Assembly: GCF_006345805.1 (NCBI RefSeq)
Contig: NC_043003.1
Coordinates: 28,582,001-28,646,000, forward strand
From: Octopus sinensis
Taxonomy: Eukaryota
Direction: 5' to 3'
DNA length: 64,000 nt
Positions 27,770-40,615 of the stretch are shown piece after piece (position 1 is the stretch's first letter; each line of letters begins with the position of its first letter). A model generated the notes under the pieces. The model saw only the letters and a program-made list of their open reading frames with translations, ran no database searches and was not told the origin of the DNA. The position numbers and the translations under genes are program-made.

Positions 27770-28010
27770 TTCTGCCTTAAAAAAATGGATCTAGAAATAC
27801 AATATCCCTACACATCTCACACCTATTTTCTTTCCTCCACCTCACTCTATATTTTGTATCTTATCTAAATTAAATATTATTTAACCATCCTCTCATACCG
27901 TCTCCGATGAAGGGATATAATAAATATCCTGGAAACAACTGTAAGATCTCCGTCTGTATATGTTCTAAAATCTACACAGCCTTGGTTTTTAATCTCATTA
28001 CGAAATAATT
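27770..28010 (+). mobile_element. Penelope-like pLTR fragment with hammerhead motif at 27900-27947
   Basis: GUCU-CCGAUGA-A-GGGAUAU..AUAUCCU-G-GAAAC-AACU-GUA-AGAU; homologous to 39205-39425; (TA)n flanks. Confidence 0.65.
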
Positions 28011-28221
28011 CATATATATATATAAGTAGTTGAATGAATTATCCTAGTATGGATAATTCGGTTAACCGATACCCGGGTAGCAAATTCACGTCAGAAAACA
28101 CGGTTGAAGCTACATGCCCAGAGCAGAGATCACTTGCTTTCGTGTGGAAATTTGTGGTTTTTTTTTACTATAAATAAATGAAAGAATGGAGTTGAACGAC
28201 GATTTAACAAAATTCCTTTAT

Positions 28222-28302
28222 TCTCGACATATGTTTCGAAGACTGCATATTCCTAATTCCGAAGGAATAAGGGGTGCATCATGCTACCTTCTCATCAGGA
28301 AA
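28222..28302 (-). ncRNA. Type I hammerhead ribozyme, canonical core
   Basis: UUUC-CUGAUGA-GAAG...CUUC-GAAAC-AUAU-GUC-GAGA; palindromic stem III ACAUAUGU. Confidence 0.8.
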
Positions 28303-28872
28303 GACAAGGAACTTATGTCAGCATCATGACGAACAAAAACTTTTAGATGACTGCCCACACGGAGTCCATAGTGATAATGAGTGTTTCTTTAAAATATTCC
28401 GTTATAAACAGTGACGTCAAAATTGATTGAATTGAGAAGATTCTAGAAAGTTCAAGAGTTCAAAAAAGGTTGGAAGGGGAGAGTTCTAAGAATAGGAAGG
28501 TGACAGGGTGCAAGTCGTATGTATGGTGATGCGTTGTTGTTTGCTTATGCTAATGAGATTGAGTGCCTATGTGTGTGTATGTATATAACTGCATTCGTGT
28601 TTATGTGTGTGTATGTGTGTGCGTGATTGTGTGTGTGGGGGGATAGATGCCAAATAGTGGTGAAGTGACAGGTTTGTGTCTGTGTGTTTGATTGTGCTTA
28701 CGATAGAGAGAGGGAGAGAGAGAGAGAGAGGGAGAGGTAGAGAGACAAAGGTAAAACATACCCCAACGAATTTGGTAGTAGTCCTTCATGAAACGGAGTA
28801 TAAAAATTTGTCTATGGCGGTGTTGAAGAAGTGGAACCAAATTATTAAATTCAAGGTTATCTATATTAATCA

Positions 28873-29290
28873 TCATTTATATGAGTGGAAGGTGTGTTTC
28901 TGCCAGTGCATGCACCTATAGGATTTTTCTACCATTGTGTTTACTAAAGGGAATTTGGCGAAAAGTATATGGAAAAGTTCGGAATTACAGACGCCACAAA
29001 ATTTTCTGCCCTTATAAAACGGAAAGGATACAGACAATATGGACCATTCCAGCTTGAAGGTTATATTGCTGTCCTTAAGGCGTCAAACTAATTTACTTAG
29101 TCCTGTGCTTTGTTGTTTTCTCTTATCTCGGAAAGATGAATAATGATTGGAAATCCTCTGGGATAATTTAGAAGTAGTCGCCCCAATGTAGAAGAAGACA
29201 CCGGTACCGGAAGAAATTTTACACTGGTAAATGGAATTTCTAATTTTGGAATTGCTGGACAAGAACTTTAATCTGTTAGGGTTTACCTCC
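28873..29290 (-). pseudogene. Penelope-type GIY-YIG endonuclease domain, one in-frame stop at 29083-29085
   Basis: NSIYQCKISSGTGVFFYIGATTSKLSQRISNHYSSF...STGLSKLV*RLKDSNITFKLEWSIL...KFCGVCNSELFHIL...LVN...CMHWQKHTF: GIY/YIG, R..H and CxxC..E..I..N..CxH signature of PLE endonucleases. Confidence 0.85.
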
Positions 29291-29514
29291 GAGACTAAGA
29301 CGGAGTTTTTATTGTTATGATTGCTGTTAATATTATTGCTAGCACTGACCACTATACTATTCCTATTATTGTTATTATTATTAATTGTACTATCGCCGGC
29401 AATGTCCCTGACTATAGAAATGCTGGGGTTGTTATCATCAATACTACCACTGTTATTAGAAATGCTGTCGTTGTTGCCACTAACACTACGACTATATATA
29501 TATATATATATATA

Positions 29515-30360
29515 ACGGAAAGCTTACGAAGATAAACAAAAGACGAAGGCAGGTGGAGTACAACCAAACAATTGTATTAGTATGGCGCTCAGGAATAGAA
29601 ATAAAACAAGTCTTTTACGTTTCGAGCCTACGCTCTTCAACAGAAAGATACACAGAAAAGAAACACGGAGAGAAACAAGGAGAGAAAAAATGCGTGCAAG
29701 AGCTAACGATTTAACATGGCGGTCTGATTTCGGCCAGAAGTCAGAGATCAGACGTTAGACGCAAGAGGGATAGTAGGGGAGCTAACAAGGTCAAATGACC
29801 TCGCCCCAACATAAGGGTGCGTGTGTGTATGAGAGAGTATGTATGTGCGTATGAAAGGTCTGGACGTGTGTATGTATGTATGATGTGATGTGTAATGTCG
29901 TATGGTGTAGTGTAGTGTCGTATGGTGTAGTGTAGTGTCGTATGGTGTAGTGTAGTGTAGTTTGGTGGGAGGTAGGGAAAGCCCATGTGGGGTGTGGGTT
30001 CGGCTTGAGGTTGGGGTAGAGTGAAAGGGGGGGTGGGGTGTGGGTTCGGCTGGGGGGTGGGGTAGAGTGGGGTGGGGAGAGTGAAAGGGGGAGAGAAGAG
30101 AGAGGGAGGAGTGGAGGAGGGAAGAGATATGAAGGGGAGGGGAGAGAGGAGATGAGGGGGAGAGGGAAGGAGGAGGGAGGAGAGATGAGGGGGAGGGGAG
30201 AGATGAGATGAGATGAGAGGTGAGGGGGAAAAAGAAGGAAGGAGAGGAGAGGGAGGGTGAGTGGGGGAAAAGGAAGGAGAGGAGAAGAGGAGGGGGAGGG
30301 GAAAGAAGGGGAGGGGGAGAGGAGGGGAGAGAGAGGGGGAGAGAAGGGGAGTGAGGGAGC
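29515..30360 (-). mobile_element. Penelope-like non-coding element with variant hammerhead (29611-29648) and long G/purine-rich tract
   Basis: UCUUU-CUGUUGA-A-GAGCGUAGGCUC-GAAAC-GUA-AAAGA; homologous to 17413-17612 and 55405-55570; bounded by TA repeats. Confidence 0.6.
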
Positions 30361-30622
30361 AGATATATATATATATATACCACCAAGTAATATAGGGGTT
30401 GTGGATCCAACCCACTAAGGGATGATACTTATCCAATATACTGTTGGTATAATGCCCAATTATTAATACACAAGTGTTTTAATTGTAATGCAATAAACTT
30501 ACTTATTGTATGAAATGGGCGAAGGTAAAGAAATATTTTACCATTAATTTATATTGCAAATAAGAAAATGGAGAAGCACATTAGTTGGCTCATCAACTTT
30601 AGGATATTAAAATACACATATA

Positions 30623-31914
30623 CGAGGGGCGTTCAATAAGTAATGCCCCTGACCCACTTCCCATTGCAGTAGAGCAACGAAACTTAGCACAGTTATTAGT
30701 ATTTTTCTACATAGGAATCACCCAGAGTTACGCATTTCTCCTATTGTTTGATGCAGCTCTGGAGACCGTTTTTGTAGAAGACCCCAGCTTGGTCCTCCAA
30801 CCACGACGTGACTTCAGAAATCAAGGCTACATCATCTGTGAAACGCTTTCCCTTCAGAAACAACTTCATGGCTGGGAAGAGGTGAAAATCAGAGGGTTCA
30901 AGGTCAGGAGAGTAGGGGGGATGGGGAGGAGTTCATAGCCGCACGCCTGTGCTTCTGATCTGGCGACACGCGAGTTGTGGACCGGAGCGTTGTCCTGCAG
31001 GAGGAGGATGCCTTTGCTGATCTTGCCCCGCCTCTTGATTTTGATAGCTTCTCTTAATTTCCTCAAAAGTGAAGCATAATATGCTCCTGTAATTGTGGTA
31101 CCCTTTGCCGGGAAATCTGTGATCACTACTCCGTCCTGGTCCCAGAAGACTGTGAGCATGTCCTTGCCAGCGAAGGGCTGCACCCTTGCCTTCTTTGGAG
31201 GAGGTGAGTCACGGTGCTTCCACTGCATTGACTGGGCTTTGGTCTCTGGATCATAGTGATGGACCCAGGTTTCATCCTGTGTAATCAGTCTTTTGAAAAA
31301 TGTTGACTCATCTTCTTGGCACATCTCCAAATTCATCCTCGAGCACTCGACGCTTTCTTGCTCCTGGAAAGGTGTGAGCAACCTGGGAATCCATCTGGCA
31401 GACACCTTTTGCATATGCAAATGGTCATGAATGATAGTTTCCACAGACCCGGTACTAATCTTGACCTGATGGGCTATTTGGCGAATTGTTATGCGTCGAT
31501 CTTCCAAAATGGCAGCCTCAACTTGACGGACAGATGCCTCATCAATGGCAGAAGGGGGGCGACCAGATCTTGGAGCTGTTTCCACAGAGTTCCGACCATG
31601 TTTGAATTCACGATGCCAGGGTTTTACAAGGTCATATGATGGGGCATCATCACCATAAGTTACTTTCATTTCATCAAATGTCTCCCGTGGTGTGCGTCCT
31701 TTCAAATACAAAAACCAGATCACTGCTCGACACTCAACAGGCTCCATTTCACACTTGACTCAGTTCAAACACCTGTAAATCAGAAAGCACAATTAGTTCA
31801 GGGCTGTAATTTGCCACTTAATCTATAGAGATATAAATAATTGCACAGACAAAATTTCAGCTAGATCAAACAACTGCAAGTGGGTCAGAGGCATTACTTA
31901 TTGAACGTCCCTCG
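30623..31914 (-). mobile_element. Full-length mariner DNA transposon (1292 bp), probably irritans/Hsmar2-like
   Basis: 37-bp TIRs CGAGGG(G/A)CGTTCAATAAGTAATGCC(C/T)CTGACCCACTT with 2 mismatches; TA target duplication at 30621-30622 and 31915-31916. Confidence 0.95.
30696..31747 (-). pseudogene. Mariner DD34D transposase with a 1-bp frameshift near 30922 and a premature TAG near 30742
   Basis: HTH region, WIPRLL, TQDETW, LQDNAP; after the frameshift HPPYSPDLEPSDFHLFPAMK...Q*EKCVTLGDSYVEKY*. Confidence 0.92.
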
Positions 31915-31992
31915 TACATACATACAGATACACATACACACACAAACATACGCATATATATATATATATATATATATACATACACACACACA

Positions 31993-32039
<47 letters not shown>

Positions 32040-32568
32040 AACGTGTATACAGTCACGCATGCACAAGTGGCCGTCTGTCTGGCTTTCTATCTATATATCT
32101 GTCTGTCTGTTTACCATCATACATTCAAGGACACACCAGTTCTGTAATCCCATGAAATTAAACGTCGGCTGACTGTTCTTTGGAATTTGAGCAGGAAATA
32201 TTAATTACAAAGAATGTCAACACGAAATACAAATTCTAGCAAAATATGTCAACATAACAGATGACTGAGATACATAGCTGTATCTATGTGTGCGTGTGGT
32301 TCGCGTGTGTGTGTGTGTTCGTGTGTATGTGAGGCCTGTGTATCTGTATGTATGTATGTATAAGAATATATGCATTAATGATATATACAAATGTATAATT
32401 TTGTTGAGAAACCAAATTATTTTTTGCTCCAATTCTTTGTCTCCTATATTTCTTTGCAAGCTGTTCTCATTTCAACATGAAATACCATACATAACTTTTT
32501 GCTTCTGTAACACAGTAAGTCTTTCAATCTTTCTGGTTTACATTTTTCTTAGCTGATTTAATTAATTA

Positions 32569-33133
32569 TTGGGTTGTCCGGAAAGTTCATGCCGATTTAT
32601 AGTAGCTTACATTTCGACTTATTTTAGAACATGGTTGAGTCCATAAAATAGGATTTGACTACGCCTCTATTTAGAGCACAGTTTAAGCTATCTTTTCTTG
32701 GAAGAAGGTTTATGTTCCTATAACCTGTGCTAATTCTGTAACCCTTTAAAATGGAAGATAAGAAAGTTCATTTTCGGCACATGATGCTTTGGGAGCCAGA
32801 CAAAAATTGCTGCAGCTCGGCTGCGATGTGTTACCTACCCGCCATATTCACCAGATATTGCTCTTTCGGATTTCCACTTATTCAGGTCTCTGCAGAATAG
32901 TCTTAATGGTAAAAATTTCAGTTTCTTGGATGACGTAAAAAGATACTTCGATGAATTCTTTGCCATGAAACCACCCCAATTCTGCGAAGAGGGTATTTTC
33001 AAGTTAAAGGAAAAATGGAGACGCATTGTGCAACAAAATGGTTCATATTTGGTTGATTAAAAATGTAATGGCAAGTATTTATTGACCTTTTACTTTCCTT
33101 TAAAAATCGGCACGAACTTTCCGGACAACCCAA
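32569..33133 (+). mobile_element. Internally deleted mariner (565 bp), mellifera-like
   Basis: 30-bp TIRs TTGGGTTGTCCGGAAAGTTC(A/G)TGCCGATTT, TA duplication; MEDKKVHFRHMMLWE (ATG 32751) joined to PPYSPDIALSDFHLFRSLQNSLNGK...WRRIVQQNGSYLVD* (33060). Confidence 0.92.
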
Positions 33134-34054
33134 TATTTATATATTTTTTAAATAAAAATTATTCTAATTGAAACCCAGGATACCTAAAATTGTGATATAA
33201 TTCTTGAGATAAAAAAATCAGACTAGTTGGCAAGAAGCATCTTTCTCATGCCTCATCTCCAATATTACGACCAATGATACATATGTCACCACTGCAACTG
33301 CGTCTAAGATGACGACGACGACGACAATGAGTTAGTTAAGGAGTATATTCTGGTCCTTCTTAAACTCCCATTTTGTCGCGTAGTACCTTTTGGTCCTTCA
33401 TAATACTCGTACCTACAAATGTGTAGCCTTGTAGCCTGTCTTAGTAATCGGTGTTTAGGAACATTCCGTCTTTAGTCATAGTATATCCAAGGTAGTGTAC
33501 CCAGTTGAGGTACGTTACTATACTACATCTAGAGTAACGTACACAATCATGATACGTTATCCGTTATCATGACACATCTAGGGAACGTACGTAGTTGGTA
33601 CCCATTTTTATGGTAACGAAACACTGCTGTTTTAATCCCTCCCTTCGCATACCTTCAGTACTTATTCCTTATATGTTGGATTTATTCCCCTCATTGAAAT
33701 TATCTCTACGTAGATCATAGCGCTGACAGTTACGTACCGCTGATAATCGAGGGGGAATCTTACACAGGAATTTGGCCTGCTAGAAATAGCAGCAATTAAA
33801 TTCCACTGAAACCAAACAAGTATGTTAAGAGAAAAAGGACTTGTTAGTTAAATGACGTAGTTGTTGATAGATTGGCAGAAAATAAGATGAGATGGTCGTG
33901 ACTGGAATGTCTTTGGTTATAAGTCTATTAGGACAGAGGTGGCATGGATCTAAACAACAACAAATTGAAATTATCGATTCCATGGACTGCTTTCAAAACC
34001 GCCAACTGTCCGACATCTTTCATGTTGTCTCACCAGGATTAATAGTGAGCCACC

Positions 34055-34700
34055 AAATTGGTGGAGTCGTTAGAACAATACACAAAATGCTGAGTAATAT
34101 TTATTCCGGTTCCTTACGTTCTGTGTTCAAATCCTAGTGAGGTCAACTTTGCTAATTATCCTTCAGATCCGTCCCAGTATTATTAGCAGGGTAAAAGGTT
34201 TTTTATCATTTATTCCAGCTCTTTTCGCTCTCTCTGAGGTTAAATCCTGCTGAGATCAACATTAGTATTTATCCTTCTGGGGCAGTAGATTAGTGTAACC
34301 TATAGAGATTTGGACAATTTATTTTATGTCATTTGTATCCGGCTTTTGTGTTCTGAGTTCATTTCTTCCCGAGGCCAATTTTGCCTGTCATTCTCACTGA
34401 ATCGATAAATAAAGTAGCAGGACAGTACTGGTATCAATGTAATTGATTAATCCCCTCTATCGTAAATTTGCGGCCTTTCCCTAGGTTACAAACAGTTACA
34501 GAGTCAGTAGCAGGCAGAATAGTTAGAGTGTCAGGCCAAATTGCAGTAATTTTTCCAACTCTATACCTTCTGAGTTCAAACCCCGCTGAGGTAGCCTTTG
34601 TTTTTCACCCCTTAAAGTATGATAAAATAATGTACTACGGTCAATATAATCAGCTAATCACCTCCCACAAAGTTAAGGGTTTGTACTTATCGTTAGAAAT
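34055..34700 (+). mobile_element. Cluster of about 4 degenerate head-to-tail SINE family B pieces
   Basis: Repeated TTCTG(A/T)GTTCA..TC...GAGGT.A.CTTTG motifs at about 34120, 34232, 34351 and 34568. Confidence 0.55.
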
Positions 34701-34877
34701 AAGTATTTCTTCCGACACTTCACCCATGAAGTACCCAAGTAAGTAGAGTAAACGTGTTTGTATCTTTCCGACAAGTTAAAACTACTTAAAGAAAGATTTA
34801 AAGGAAATATTTGTATTCAACCATAAAAATTCCCTGAAAAAACAGAAAAGTCACCAGGGATCGTTCAGTGAGTCGAT

Positions 34878-35755
<878 letters not shown>

Positions 35756-35779
35756 ATAATAATAATAATAATAATATTG

Positions 35780-35854
<75 letters not shown>

Positions 35855-35857
<3 letters not shown>

Positions 35858-36411
35858 GCCCTGATGCAGTACCAGGCAGTGGCTCTCATGGCTTCTGATC
35901 TTAACTGATTGGAAGTGTTATCATGTACATTGTTTTGTCTTGGTATAAAAGATGGGCTACAGCAAATATTCTGCTCAATACCACAGATTTGCTTGTCAGT
36001 TGTTTGACCTTAACCAGTTGAGCATGTCCCTTAGTGGCTGACGATATGTGCATCTCTGATCACGAGCAGAAGTAGTGGGGGAGCATCATAGCCATGTGTT
36101 GAGAGGGATTCTTTGGGGTTTGAATAGTTCACCTCTGGAAACATGGGTGGTTCTTTCAACATCCTTAAACAACTCTTATTCAGGGACCGTTTGAGCGGGA
36201 TGGGCTACTCAACCTGAAGAAAATTCTAACTGGGCCCCACCTGCAAGGTCATGTGCTGTTTATCTTGATATGAGATCACCATGTCGCGCACATATGGTTG
36301 TGATGCATGTGCCTGGTGTACCTTTATCAGACGGGTAGTCATGATGGGTATATTGGGTTTCGTATATTTTACCCCAGTGTCACTTTGATGGCATGAACTG
36401 CTCTCTCACTC
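35855..36411 (+). mobile_element. ~557-bp non-coding element inserted in (AAT)n, copy 2
   Basis: Same ends as 25725-26279 (AATGCCCTG...CTCTCTCACTC). Confidence 0.85.
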
Positions 36412-36474
<63 letters not shown>

Positions 36475-36479
36475 AATAA

Positions 36480-36690
36480 TGGTTTCAAATGTTGGCGCAA
36501 GGCCAGCAATGTTTTAGGGGAAGGAGTAAGTCGATATCATCGTCCCCAGTGCTCAACTGGCACTTATTTTATCGACTTCGAAAGGATGGACGGCATAGTC
36601 AACCTCAGCGGGTTTTGAACTCAAACGTAAAGAGCCGAAAGGAATGCCACTAAACATTTCATCCGGCGTAGAAACGATTCTGTCAGCGCA
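36480..36690 (-). mobile_element. Older SINE family B copy whose tail is the adjacent (AAT)n
   Basis: GGTTTCAAATGTTGGCGCAAGG...TTATTTTATCGACTTCGAAAGGATG...TTTGAACTCA. Confidence 0.75.
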
Positions 36691-37115
36691 TCACTTTACT
36701 AATGATGATGATGATGATGATGATATACATCATCATCATCATCATCATCTTAAAGACAGTGAGCTTACAGATTCGTCAGACCGTCGGAATAAATACTTTG
36801 CGGAAATTTGTTCTTTACATTCTGAGTTCAACTACCACAAAAATCAGCATTGCCTTTCATCCCTCCATGGGTCGGTAAAAATAAAGTACTAAATAATTAG
36901 AGTGGATAGTAATCACCACTACCCCCCCCCCACCTCAACATTTATGGCCTTGTACCTAAATCAGAATCCATATTGCATATGAATTAGTATTTTGTTTACT
37001 AGTTTGTATTTTGAAATATGGTCTACCCTGGATGTTGTCGTTAAATATCAGGGGAGAATGAATCTCCCGGAGGCGGGTAGAGCGAAACAAAAGTGCTGTT
37101 CACCGTAAAAAGGGA

Positions 37116-37192
<77 letters not shown>

Positions 37193-37397
37193 GCAAGGTC
37201 CTTTTGAACTTGATGACAAGAATGCCTAGAAAAAAGTATTTTTGAAAGGGCAGAGCTGTCTGTTGTAGAAAGGTCATTCGATATGAATTGCTTCAATGAA
37301 ACGAAGAAGCAATATCAGAGAGCGCAAAATGTGTCAAGTGGAAGCATGAAACTGCTTGTTTCTCGAAATGTCTGGGACCAATTTCTACAACCTAGAG

Positions 37398-37761
37398 CTG
37401 GAGTATCAAACGTGTAGCCCGCGGTAATGTTTACTCGTGCACTGGTTTTTAATTGATATATAACAAAAGAGTATTGTTAGATCTTAAATTAATTTTAAAA
37501 TGTTCATTAAAATAATATCCTTTTCTACTCTAGGCACAAGGCCCGAAATTTTGGGCGTGATAATTTGTAGACAGAACTTACAAATCCCGTTTAAGTGTAT
37601 AAAGCTCTAGAACAAAATAGTTTCAGTGAAAAAACTTGAGCTTCTTTAGGGCAGCTTTTCTAACGCATGAACTTTCAGTGGCGTGGTTGAAATCTCATTG
37701 GTTAGTAATAAAGGCTTATCGACTGTATGTGGCCCATAGCGGTCATACGTACGCATGCATA

Positions 37762-37801
<40 letters not shown>

Positions 37802-37878
37802 GCTCCTATTCAGCTCACGAAATCTAAAGTACGTTTGAATCCTCCCTACACAAAACTAAATGAGTTTGACACTAGCTG
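37398..37878. mobile_element. Possible degenerate hAT (Charlie-like) MITE
   Basis: Ends CTGGAGTATCAAAC / GTTTGACACTAGCTG resemble CAGGGGTGTCAAAC-type TIRs. Confidence 0.3.
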
Positions 37879-38168
37879 ATCAAGAACAAGAACTTTGTTA
37901 CATTAAGGCACAATGAACTAACAGTCAGTTATTTAACACACGTTTATCTCCTTTTATCTTTATCGCCTGGAGTTGTATGACGGAGTGAATTAGTGCAATT
38001 AGCGTGAGGTTTTTGATAAGTTGTCTATCATGAATGATTCTATGTCATGGTATCTCCTTTAACTTCTTCCTATTTTAAACTCGTTTATACATACTGGAGT
38101 TAACGGGCTTTCGAGAGAGCTCAGCCCCCATCTCGATGATGATGATGCTATTCAGTATACACACACGT

Positions 38169-38255
<87 letters not shown>

Positions 38256-38477
38256 AATATATATATATATATTATATATATAGCATCCAAAGACAGCTAA
38301 TTCCTTTTAACTACAAATATTACTTCACAGACATTCGGTATGTGGTGAAGCAACTAATTATATATAAAAACACTTTTTGTGTAAGTTTTTACCGATAATG
38401 GTTTTTTCCACACCGAAACTACTTGGTAAAATTTATTAATTATTAAATTAATAATTCTTTACCCTATATCTGTAATG

Positions 38478-38518
<41 letters not shown>

Positions 38519-38625
38519 TATATTATATATATATACATAAAATAATATAGGCTAGCAAAATTATAGAATTTTTTCTACCAGTGGTCTAGCATGTATAAAA
38601 AGTCAATAGACAACATATTTTCCAT

Positions 38626-38995
38626 ATAAAATTAGTGTACATTTAAACATTTTAACAGGTCGCCTTATATGATAGAAGGAACAGTCAGAAGTCCAAGCCA
38701 CAGTTAAAAGCAATTTCGAAGGGAATGAAAAATAAAAGCATTTATCATGTTTTACAGCCGGACCTAGGTTTCGAAATATAATTAGCAAATAAAATAATTT
38801 GCTAAGCGAAGTTCTCATCAGCTAATTAAAGTTCGAAACCTAGGTCCGGCTGTAAAACATGGTAAATGTTTTTATTTTTCATTCCCTTCGAAATTGCTCT
38901 TAACTGTGGTTTGGACTTTTGACTGTTCCTTCTAGCATTTAAGGCGACCTGTTATGGGTCGCCTCTTTTTGTGTTTATATGTACACTAATTTTAT
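38626..38995. mobile_element. Fold-back Penelope-like pLTR; hammerhead core at the turn (38755-38821, minus strand)
   Basis: Arms 38626-38775 and 38832-38995 are reverse complements; minus strand CUGAUGA-GAA...UUC-GAAAC-CUAG-GUC. Confidence 0.75.
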
Positions 38996-39092
38996 GTGTG
39001 TGTGTGTGTGTGTGTGTGAAGTATTATTACTGTTAAAAACAGTAATAATGAGGTGACTAGCAAGACTTCTACCTAAGCAAGTATAATATGAA

Positions 39093-39425
39093 ATCTTACA
39101 GCTGTTTTTTGGAATAATTTATATATCTTTCATCGGAGATGGTGTGAGAAAATGGTTTTCTATTGGAATTTACTCACAAGGTATTGGAATCTTACACATA
39201 TACCATTCTGCCTAAATAATGGATCTACAGATGCAATATCCCTGCATATCTCACGTCTACTTTCATTCCTCCACTCCACTCCACTCTCTGTTTTATATCT
39301 TATCTAAAATAACTATTGCATAACCATTTTCTCACACCGTCTCCGATGAAGGGATGTATAAAATATCCCGGAAACAGCTGTAAGACCTTCTGTTTATAAA
39401 TATTCTAAAATCTTTCATAGCCTTC
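39093..39425 (+). mobile_element. Penelope-like pLTR with hammerhead at 39339-39386 and an inverted partial copy at 39093-39157
   Basis: GUCU-CCGAUGA-A-GGGAUGU-AUAAA-AUAUCCC-G-GAAAC-AGCU-GUA-AGAC; palindromic stem III ACAGCUGU. Confidence 0.7.
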
Positions 39426-39505
39426 TCTCTCTCTCTCTCTCTCTCTCCGCTTGAAAACCGGTGCTGGTGTGCTTACGTCCCCGTAACTTAAGGGGTCGGC
39501 AATGA

Positions 39506-39575
<70 letters not shown>

Positions 39576-40615
39576 TATATTATATCATATATATCCCTCT
39601 ATTTCTCACGCTTTGGCGCTTCCTTGCATCTCTTCACTTTCTGTTCCTCTCTCGCTCTCGCTTTCTCTGCTTGACAGGACAAAACCGAAAATCAACTCAA
39701 GAACGGAAAATAAAGGAGAGGAAAAAACCACAAATAAATAGATAAATAAATAAAATAAAATAAAAGAAAAGAAACATAGAAAAATAAGTGCCTTGAACAA
39801 GAAAAAAAACCTGAGAAACAAAAATGAAAGGAGAATAACGAAAATGGTTTTAGAAATATCGTTAAAAAACACAATATTGTATCATATTATTAAAACATCA
39901 CCACACCCATCTGGTAGAACCACTTGTAGGGAAGAATTTACTGTCTAGAACATCATCATCATATTATAACGGTAGAAATAAGGACGGGTGGAGTAAAGAG
40001 TATATTATATTGTTGTTATCTGAAGAATTTTCGCAAAATAAGAACTCAGAAATTTGAGACTGATAAATATTAGGTCTGGAAAAGAGATAACTAGGTTTTG
40101 GAATTGAAGAGCAAAAAAGAAAGGTCCCTATATATGAATTTCATTCTCGTATTCTATACATGCACAACAAAAATACAGGCATGTACTTGCTTTTATATAT
40201 AATAGGAATACATGGACTTATACTGTATATAAGCACACGTGTATGCGCTTGTGTATGTGTGTGTGTGTTTATTATACTTCTGCAAGGAAAAACCTGACAA
40301 GCTTCAGCTTGCTCGATTTCATTACACAGTCTGATGACGGCGTGTAGACCAAAACTTTGAATACCCAGTCAACGTTTTCCTCGTAAAAGTTTAATAAACA
40401 TGGTCTCAAATAAACGGGATTGAGTAATCCTTCACACTAATGCTAAGCTGTATAACTATATAAAAACAAATAGGAATATATGCATACATACATACATACA
40501 TGGAGACATACACACACGCACACATACATACATACATACATACTACATACATACATACATACATATATATATATATTTCAAGAGAGAGTGAGAGAGAAAG
40601 AGAGAGATGCATATA

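Larger units (their letters stand above)
28025..29490 (-). mobile_element. 5'-truncated Penelope-like retroelement (GIY-YIG end + pLTR with hammerhead) in (TA)n
   Basis: GIY-YIG pseudogene followed on the same strand by a canonical hammerhead; TA repeats at both ends. Confidence 0.8.

Noticed and set aside
29741-30436. 231-aa and 220-aa Pro/Ser-rich ORFs
   Set aside because: Products of a polypyrimidine low-complexity strand that lacks stop codons
35995-36065. HDV-like ribozyme in the 557-bp element (GUCAGU/GCUGAC as P1, CAU/GUG as P3)
   Set aside because: No convincing P2, P1.1 or J4/2 by eye, and it lies about 140 nt from the 5' end; needs a covariance test
40325-40360. CTGATGA-CGG...CC-AAAAC hammerhead-like word
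   Set aside because: GAAA box mutated; no stem I, stem III or cleavage triplet
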